Origin: a bacterium
GTDB lineage: Bacteria > SZUA-182 > DTGQ01 > JAFGSM01
Direction: 5' to 3'
NCBI GenBank assembly: GCA_049472355.1
Contig: JBLIRP010000024.1
Coordinates: 1-44,152, forward strand
Length of the DNA: 44,152 bases
Shown here: positions 37,885-44,152 of the stretch, piece by piece
How the letters are laid out: each line of letters starts with the position of its first letter
How positions within the stretch are numbered: the stretch's first letter is position 1
The notes under the pieces: model-generated
Databases searched by the model: none
Seen by the model: only the letters and a program-made list of their open reading frames with translations
What the model was told of the DNA's origin: nothing
Made by a program: the position numbers and the translations under genes

Positions 37885-38322
37885 TCAAATAGTAGTTTCA
37901 TTATTTTGGTTTATTCTTATTTGTGATGGCTGGTTCCAAAATAAATTTGATATTTCTTTAAAAATTTTCGGCCAAATAGTAATAGTCATAGATGGACTTT
38001 TGGAAAAATGCAGTCTTATTCTTTTGAAAAATAGCCCTTGTTTTTCCTCAGCAGAAATCTCATCCCATGGAATAAATAGAGGTGGATGCCCGATTCGAAA
38101 TGGGAATGAAATTGAAAAATAAATTCCCTCAGTATTTGCACCAATTGTAAGACAACTATTATAGTTCATACCAATACCAACGATTGCCGATTGAAATCCC
38201 CATTTTTTACCTATAAAAGGACTAAGGGCCTTATATTTTCGTGCGAGCCAGAACCATCCAAAAAATGAAATGGTATAGCTCATAAATGCCCAAAATATCA
38301 AGAAACCAATAAAAAATTTCAT
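37885..38322 (-). CDS. Hypothetical membrane protein (cassette)
   Basis: N-terminal TM, NYNSCLTIG..EGIYF, HPPLFIPWDEI; start moved to MKFFIG because the longer ORF crosses an attC. Confidence 0.75.
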   Translation of the reverse strand: MKFFIGFLIFWAFMSYTISFFGWFWLARKYKALSPFIGKKWGFQSAIVGIGMNYNSCLTIGANTEGIYFSISFPFRIGHPPLFIPWDEISAEEKQGLFFKRIRLHFSKSPSMTITIWPKIFKEISNLFWNQPSQIRINQNNETTI

Positions 38323-38360
38323 GTTACTCTTGGTCTTATTATTAATTATTTCATAGTCAC

Positions 38361-38434
38361 TAATAACGCTGGTGGTCACCTGCGCCGAACGAGCGCCAGC
38401 GAGTGAGGCGTCAGGTGCAGCACCCTTGTTAGCC
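38361..38434 (-). other. attC site (HNH cassette)
   Basis: R'' GGCTAAC contains the HNH stop; ggtggtcacctgcgcc pairs with ggcgTcaggtgCagcacc with two extra bases; R' GTTATTA. Confidence 0.9.
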
Positions 38435-39016
38435 GCCTTCTGCTTTCTTATTATTCAAGACTTCTCGTCGTCCCTTTTGCACAGAACGCCAAACTTTGTT
38501 CCATTCGGGACCATCACATAGACGCGTTGGTCGTGTCGAATGCACCCGTGCCAGCAATGCTTCTCGTTTGGCCCATTCTTCTGGGTGGGTTTCTGGCGTT
38601 ATCTTCACAAAGCCTTCTCTTGTCTTTTCGTTATGACATTTTGCACAAAGCAACTGAAGATTATCAATGTCGTTACTGCTGCCGTTTATATGGTCAATCT
38701 GATTAGCTTCTCTGCCACATCTCTGGCACCGTCCCTGGTCACGGAAAAACACGGCTTCTCGAATTTCCTTAGACAACTGGCGCAGTCTCTCCGGATAGCC
38801 CCCGCCAAGAATGTGGGCAAGCCGAATCTGTAGGGCTTCTTGAACATCCGGCTGCACTAATCGTCCATCACGGATGCAGGCCCGGAAATACCGAACGAAT
38901 TTCGCCTCATCCCTACAAAGGTCTGAGCAAAATAGCACCGCTTCGGTTATCTGCCTGTCACAGTTTGGACATGGGAAAGGGTAGCTAGTCAGCGTATCGA
39001 CGGATTGTCGCTTCAT
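38429..39016 (-). CDS. HNH endonuclease with additional N-terminal Cys motif
   Basis: RDQGRCQRCG, IDHI, NLQLLCAKCHNEKT; N-terminal CPNC...FCSDLC. Confidence 0.9.
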   Translation of the reverse strand: MKRQSVDTLTSYPFPCPNCDRQITEAVLFCSDLCRDEAKFVRYFRACIRDGRLVQPDVQEALQIRLAHILGGGYPERLRQLSKEIREAVFFRDQGRCQRCGREANQIDHINGSSNDIDNLQLLCAKCHNEKTREGFVKITPETHPEEWAKREALLARVHSTRPTRLCDGPEWNKVWRSVQKGRREVLNNKKAEGG

Positions 39017-39048
39017 ATCAGCTCAATGTCTATGTTATCGCCAAAGGC

Positions 39049-39146
39049 GGCCAACGTCAAAATAATAACCTCACGACGGTTTATGTGGCTCTTCGCTTTT
39101 CACGGCCAGCGAAGGTAAGGTTGGGTTCATATTTATTTTGTTAGCC
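39049..39146 (-). other. attC site (hydrolase cassette)
   Basis: ggccaac...gttagcc with imperfect arms; R'' GGCTAAC matches the cassette start GTTAGCC at 39652-39646. Confidence 0.8.
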
Positions 39147-39166
39147 AGCCTGCTTATATTCGAAAT

Positions 39167-39628
39167 TCATGATAGCCCCAACAGGGGCAGACTTGCAGGT
39201 GTGAAGCCGTCAAGGACCAGGTGCGAAATGTACCCCGCAGCCAGACCAACAAGCAGACCGACAAGGATTGAAGCAAAGACCTCAACACCGAGCAACATCA
39301 ACCGTTCACCGGGTGTCTTGTTTGGATCTCCGCGATGTTCTGTTGCTTGAATGGCTATACGCCGCCAGTATGATTCCCATTTGGTGATTGCGTCCACGGC
39401 CAACTTGAAAATGCTTGTACCGGTCGCCACCGAGTGCGCGATCTTTCGATGGCGAGGTGAAAGTGCTGGCTCGAGGATGTCTGGCCACATGGCGCTGATG
39501 GATGCGCCGACTCCGCCTCCGACAATAACGCATAGGTTAAACTCACCGTGCTTGTCATTGGTTCTCGCTGCAGCCGCCAATGCGCCAATGGCAACAGCGA
39601 CTGGAAAGTGAGTCTTTCGACTTGGCAT
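39167..39628 (-). CDS. YdjM-like membrane metal-dependent hydrolase
   Basis: MPSRKTH, WPDILEP..SPRHRKIAHS, GYISHLVLDGFTP; AGGGAG upstream. Confidence 0.85.
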   Translation of the reverse strand: MPSRKTHFPVAVAIGALAAAARTNDKHGEFNLCVIVGGGVGASISAMWPDILEPALSPRHRKIAHSVATGTSIFKLAVDAITKWESYWRRIAIQATEHRGDPNKTPGERLMLLGVEVFASILVGLLVGLAAGYISHLVLDGFTPASLPLLGLS

Positions 39629-39645
39629 TGCCTCTCCCTTCGTCT

Positions 39646-39716
39646 GGCTAACGTTATGATGAGGGGCTTGGTGGAGCGCCAGCGGAACCAAGTCCCTCTC
39701 CATCAATTCGTTCGGA
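39646..39716 (-). other. attC site (first cassette)
   Basis: ggctaac...gttcgga; tgatgaggggcttggt pairs with accaagtccctctccatca; R'' TCCGAAC matches the cassette start GTTCGGA at 40019-40013. Confidence 0.88.
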
Positions 39717-39758
39717 TTCCTCAATATCCTTCCATGCCCTGTAATCCTTGCCACACAT

Positions 39759-40001
39759 TCAAGAGGGGCCTCCAGGGAATTCCAATTTGCAGGAACGACA
39801 CACATATGTTGTAACCTTCTCATAAGCAGCACAATGACCAAGTAGGAGAAACAAAAAACCGATGATTGGGCCAATGATTGTTGGGAAAGTGAAGATGATA
39901 AGCAATACGCCAATCAATTCGAAAAGACACGATCCCGCACCGGTCGCTCTTTTGCGTTTGGTTATGCTTGTCAGCTTGTTTCCACACCTTGGGCAATTCA
40001 T
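39759..40001 (-). CDS. Small Zn-ribbon membrane protein (CxxC-hydrophobic-CxxC, LITAF-like layout)
   Basis: MNCPRCG...LIGVLLIIFTFPTIIGPIIGFLFLLLG...YVCRSC; fills its cassette. Confidence 0.7.
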   Translation of the reverse strand: MNCPRCGNKLTSITKRKRATGAGSCLFELIGVLLIIFTFPTIIGPIIGFLFLLLGHCAAYEKVTTYVCRSCKLEFPGGPS

Positions 40002-40264
40002 GTTTCTTATCATCCGAACGACCAGGCCCTGCCTTGCGAGCAATTAAACAGGAGTGTAAATGGAAGGCGGATAGGAACCCATTAGCCAGAGGTACGGGAA
40101 CTGCCGTTGGATTCATGTTGCAATGATGAGAGGCGCCTGCCCCAAATATCCATACGGTCTTTGGAGAATCTGCCAGAACTCTGACACGATCTCTTGAAGA
40201 AATGTATAAAATTTAACTGGTCATTGTCCGTGTATTACATTTTTTCATGTTTGTTGACTTATAT

Positions 40265-40273
40265 TGCTATAAT
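40265..40273 (+). promoter_or_regulatory. Extended -10 promoter upstream of the helicase gene
   Basis: TGCTATAAT in an AT-rich stretch about 100 nt before ATG 40374. Confidence 0.5.
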
Positions 40274-40373
40274 ATATATTAAAATATGGAAAATCAAGAA
40301 AAAATAAACCAGGGTTCCGCAGTAAGAGACGCCGGCAGAGGCCGCCCACCGTGCTCACTCAGGTAGAGGTATA

Positions 40374-43300
40374 ATGGAGAACATACTCTTTTTTGACCTG
40401 GAGATATCGGAAACCAGGAAAACGATAAAGGAAATCGGTGCCGTATACAGGGGGGATGATTTTCGAAGCCCGTCATTTCAGAAATTCAGGGATTTTTCCC
40501 ATGATGCCCGTTTCATATGCGGTCACAATATCTTTGCCCATGACCTGCACTATCTGAACAAGGCATACATGGAAATGGATCTGTTCAAAAAAGACATTAT
40601 TGACACACTGTTTTTTTCGGCCCTTCTTTTCCCTGAAAGGCCATACCATCATTTGGTCAAGGACTATAGGCTGGTAACGGAATTCGTTAATGATCCCGTG
40701 GCCGATGCCAAGATTGCATCGAGGCTCCTCGGAGATCTGGTAAAGAGATTCCGTGAATTGCCCCGTGATCTTAAGGTTGTGTATTACAATCTGCTCGACG
40801 GCCAAAGGGAATTCAAGGGCTTCTTTAAGCTATTCAAGCAGGCGGACCTGCCCGGAAGGATGAAGCCGGACAGCTTGGCCGGATTCATTGTAGAAAACTT
40901 CAAAAAAAGTCTCTGCATACATTCAGATATAGCAGCCTTAATAACACGAGAGCCGGTTGAGTTTTGTTATGCCATGGCCCTGATAAACACCATTGATGAA
41001 CGCTCAGTGACCCCTCCCTGGCTGCTCTATCGTTTCCCGAAGATAAACGAGGTGCTCTACAAGCTAAGGCTCATACGTTGTGATATGGAGGGATGTCTCT
41101 ATTGCAATGAGTTTCTCTCCCCTCTCAACGCCTTAAAAGGCCTTTTTGGTTTTTTTGAATTCAGGAGTTTCGATGGCGATGCAGGCCGGCCCCTGCAGGA
41201 ACTGGTTGTTGAGGCCGCATTGGCTAAAGAGTCCCTGCTTGCGGTTTTTCCTACAGGCGGCGGAAAATCCCTGGCATTTCAGTTACCGGCGCTGATGATG
41301 GGAAGGGCGGACCGTTCGCTCACGGTGGTTATTTCGCCCCTCCAGTCCCTGATGAAGGACCAGGTGGATGTCCTGGAGAAAAGGTATGATATCGTGGATG
41401 CGGTGGCGATTAGCGGGCTGCTTTCCCCTCTGGAGAGGAGTCAGGCAATTGAACGGGTACGCGAGGGAGGGGCGGGTATATTGTATATCTCCCCGGAGTC
41501 CTTGCGCTCCAATACAATATTAAACCTCTTAAAGGGACGTTCCATAAACCGCTTTGTCATAGATGAGGCACACTGTTTTTCTTCCTGGGGACAGGACTTC
41601 AGGGTGGATTATCTCTATATTGCCGATTTCATAGCAGAACTCCAAAGGGAGAAGGGGCTTTCTCAACCAATTCCGGTTTCGTGCTTTACAGCTACGGCAA
41701 AACCCGCTGTGATCAATGATATCCTCACCTATTTTAAGAAGAAGCTGGGTTTGGACCTCCGCCTTTTTAAGACCGATTCAAAGAGGAAAAATCTCCACTA
41801 TCATGTTTATGAGGTGCATGACAAGCGATCAAAATACGATACGTTGAAGGCATTGCTCCAGGCAGAGGAGGGCTTTGTCATTATTTACGTTTCCCGTGTT
41901 AAAACAGCAGAAGCCCTTGCGGAATCCCTGTCAAGGGATGGCTTCAACGCATTGCCGTATCATGGCAAGATGCCCCGTGACAAGAAGATTGAAACACAGT
42001 CAAGGTTTATGGAGGGAGGGGTCCGCATCATTGTCGCTACCTCGGCGTTCGGTATGGGCGTGGATAAGGATAATGTGTCAATGGTGATCCATTATGATAT
42101 CTCTGATTCCCTCGAGAATTATATACAGGAGTCAGGGCGCGCGGGCAGAAGGTCTGACATGGATGCAGGGTGTTATATACTCTATGACAAGAATGACCTG
42201 AATAGGCATTTTGAGCTGCTCAATCTCGGCAAGATGAATCATAAACAGATTGCCCAAATCTGGCGGGCGATCAAAGACTTCAAACGCTTGCGCTTCAATA
42301 AATCCTCCCTGGAGATTGCCAAGGCCGCCGGTTGGGACATCGAACTGGCTGAGCTGGAAACCAGGGTGAAGCTGGCAATCGCCGCCTTGGAGGATTGCGG
42401 ATATGTGAGGCGGGGACAGGATTCGCCTAAGGTTTTTGCAACCGGGATAAGGGTAAGGAATGTGCAGGAAGCCAATGAGAAAATCAGGCTGAATGCATCC
42501 AGATTCAGTGAGGAAGAGATGGGCCATGCGATCCGGATCTTTCAATTCCTCATATCGCGGGAAGAGGCCAGGGTGGATTATATGGCTGATGTCCTGGGCA
42601 TAGAAAGGGATACCGTTGCCAGGATACTCAATATATTCAAAGAGATTGAATTGATAGGCGACACAAGGGACATGACCGCATTTATCGATATTTCGCAGGG
42701 AAAGGGTAATGCCCTTCATGTGTTGGGGAATTACGCGGAGTTAGAGAAAAGAATGGCCTCTTTGCTTTATCCTGATGAAGAACACAAAATGCGGAAGGTA
42801 TATCTAAAAGAGATCAATGAGCACATGGTGAAGGAGGGCATCTCCGATTGCTCGATAAGCATGATACGGGACATCCTTCGATACTGGGAACTGAGGCATT
42901 ATATAAAAAAGAAACGTATAGAGGCGCACACATGGCTGTATGAAATAACGTTCAGGTGTGATCGTGACAAATTTGTCAAAGAGATGCACCAGCGCCTCGA
43001 TTTAACCGCTCAGGTAATGAACATCGTATTCAAGTATGCCCGATCAGCGGCAGGGCGGGAAGAACAAGAGAGGAAAAGTGTCCCTTTTGAATTCTCGATG
43101 ACTGGATTAAAAAAGGACACGGAATGCTCCGGCCTGTTTACTAAAAAGCTGCCAATAGGGGATTACGAAGATGTCCTCCTCTATTTAAACACCATAGGCG
43201 CCCTTAAGCTGGAAAGGGGGCTGCTCATCTGTTACAGACCTATGACGATAGAAAGGGTGGAGAAGAACAGCCGCAGGCACTATTCAAAACAGGAATACAA

Positions 43301-44152
43301 GAAGCTGGAGGATTTTTACCGGAACAAGGTGGAACAGATCCATATAGTCGGTGAATACGCCAAAATGAAGCTGAAGGATCATGAGGGGGCGATCCGTTTT
43401 ATCGATGATTATTTCTCCATGCCCTATTCCGATTTTATAAAGAAATACTTCCCAGGGCGCAAGGGTGAAATCCGGCATCCCATTACCGAGGAAAGATTCA
43501 AAATGCTTTTCAGCGCCCTTTCCCTGGAGCAGATGCAAATCATCAAGGATAACTCCCACAAAAGGATCTTGGTGGCGGCAGGACCGGGCAGCGGAAAGAC
43601 CCGTGTATTGGTCCATAAGGTTGCCTCCCTGTTGCTGCTGGAGGATGTCAAACCCGAACAATTTTTGATGCTGACATTTTCCCGCCCCGCTGCCATGGAA
43701 TTTAAAGAAAGGTTATACAAACTGATAGAAAACACGGCATATTATATAGATATCGCCACATACCACTCCTATGCCTTTAACCTTTTGGGAAGGATAGGCA
43801 GTCTGGAGGAATCCCGGAGCGTTATACAGCGCGCCACCGAGACCATTGATAAGAAAGAGGTTTCCCTTGAACGTCTGATTAACAAAAGTGTCATTGTCGT
43901 GGATGAATATCAGGATATCAGCTCCGAGGAATATGCCTTTTTGAACGCCATCATAGCCGCGGCTCAAGAATTGAGGGTGGTGGTGGTTGGCGATGATGAC
44001 CAGAATATATATGAATTCCGAGGCTCATCAGTCAAGTACATGAGGTCGTTTATCAAGGACCAGGATGCGGTGATGTATTTCCTTGGCAGGAATTACCGCT
44101 CCCGTAAAAACCTTGTCGATTTTGCAAACCTTTTTCTCAATTTCCTTCCGGA
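40374..44152 (+). CDS. Fusion of DEDD-type exonuclease-like, RecQ (SF2) and UvrD-like (SF1) helicase domains; 3' end outside window
   Basis: Not in the ORF track because no stop is reached. Same frame from ATG 40374 (GAGGT RBS): FFDLE, GHNIFAHD, IDTL; PTGGGKS (about 41250), DEAH (41562), QESGRAGR (42126); GPGSGKT (43581), DEYQD (43902), VGDDDQNIYEFRG, NYRS. Confidence 0.92.
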   Translation, partial: MENILFFDLEISETRKTIKEIGAVYRGDDFRSPSFQKFRDFSHDARFICGHNIFAHDLHYLNKAYMEMDLFKKDIIDTLFFSALLFPERPYHHLVKDYRLVTEFVNDPVADAKIASRLLGDLVKRFRELPRDLKVVYYNLLDGQREFKGFFKLFKQADLPGRMKPDSLAGFIVENFKKSLCIHSDIAALITREPVEFCYAMALINTIDERSVTPPWLLYRFPKINEVLYKLRLIRCDMEGCLYCNEFLSPLNALKGLFGFFEFRSFDGDAGRPLQELVVEAALAKESLLAVFPTGGGKSLAFQLPALMMGRADRSLTVVISPLQSLMKDQVDVLEKRYDIVDAVAISGLLSPLERSQAIERVREGGAGILYISPESLRSNTILNLLKGRSINRFVIDEAHCFSSWGQDFRVDYLYIADFIAELQREKGLSQPIPVSCFTATAKPAVINDILTYFKKKLGLDLRLFKTDSKRKNLHYHVYEVHDKRSKYDTLKALLQAEEGFVIIYVSRVKTAEALAESLSRDGFNALPYHGKMPRDKKIETQSRFMEGGVRIIVATSAFGMGVDKDNVSMVIHYDISDSLENYIQESGRAGRRSDMDAGCYILYDKNDLNRHFELLNLGKMNHKQIAQIWRAIKDFKRLRFNKSSLEIAKAAGWDIELAELETRVKLAIAALEDCGYVRRGQDSPKVFATGIRVRNVQEANEKIRLNASRFSEEEMGHAIRIFQFLISREEARVDYMADVLGIERDTVARILNIFKEIELIGDTRDMTAFIDISQGKGNALHVLGNYAELEKRMASLLYPDEEHKMRKVYLKEINEHMVKEGISDCSISMIRDILRYWELRHYIKKKRIEAHTWLYEITFRCDRDKFVKEMHQRLDLTAQVMNIVFKYARSAAGREEQERKSVPFEFSMTGLKKDTECSGLFTKKLPIGDYEDVLLYLNTIGALKLERGLLICYRPMTIERVEKNSRRHYSKQEYKKLEDFYRNKVEQIHIVGEYAKMKLKDHEGAIRFIDDYFSMPYSDFIKKYFPGRKGEIRHPITEERFKMLFSALSLEQMQIIKDNSHKRILVAAGPGSGKTRVLVHKVASLLLLEDVKPEQFLMLTFSRPAAMEFKERLYKLIENTAYYIDIATYHSYAFNLLGRIGSLEESRSVIQRATETIDKKEVSLERLINKSVIVVDEYQDISSEEYAFLNAIIAAAQELRVVVVGDDDQNIYEFRGSSVKYMRSFIKDQDAVMYFLGRNYRSRKNLVDFANLFLNFLP

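Larger units (their letters stand above)
33441..40019 (-). mobile_element. Integron gene-cassette array without integrase in window (CALIN), partly decayed
   Basis: Short co-oriented AT-rich genes separated by AAC...GTT-bounded imperfect palindromes; cassette starts match their own R'' boxes. Left boundary uncertain. Confidence 0.85.

Noticed and set aside
39629..39913. N-terminal 95 aa of ORF 39167..39913
   Set aside because: Crosses an attC and overlaps the upstream cassette gene; real start is ATG 39628
40020..40373. Integron integrase gene or remnant
   Set aside because: No tyrosine-recombinase motifs recognisable in the short ORFs here

Overview
Bacterial window, probably from an anaerobe, in three parts. 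(1) 1-19032, minus strand: a large Mrp/Mbh-type membrane-antiporter cluster (E-F-G-DUF4040-B'-B-C-D-D ... D-L-like, four antiporter-fold subunits, no hydrogenase or oxidoreductase genes). A His-rich membrane protein, a REC-GGDEF protein and a HAMP histidine kinase sit inside it. It is followed by an orphan ABC-type binding protein, a modular intergenic repeat, a 914-aa coiled coil with 31-residue periodicity and a Zn-finger/TM/polysaccharide deacetylase. (2) 19933-33334, mostly core genes: heme-c/HAMP/CBS membrane protein, lytic transglycosylase, pgsA, plsY, metG, glnA, flavin reductase, a MITE-like element, pentaheme cytochrome c, a secreted G/N/Y-rich protein, an RNase Z-like hydrolase, an ExeA-type ATPase and a Pro-rich HTH protein. 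(3) About 33440-40020: an AT-rich, decaying integron cassette array with attC sites but no integrase in the window (CALIN), carrying toxin-antitoxin genes, HNH, YhcG, ORF6N, BRO and methyltransferase genes, several broken or chimeric. It is followed by a divergent exonuclease-RecQ-UvrD fusion that runs off the window end. All calls come from motif recognition by eye; no database searches were run.
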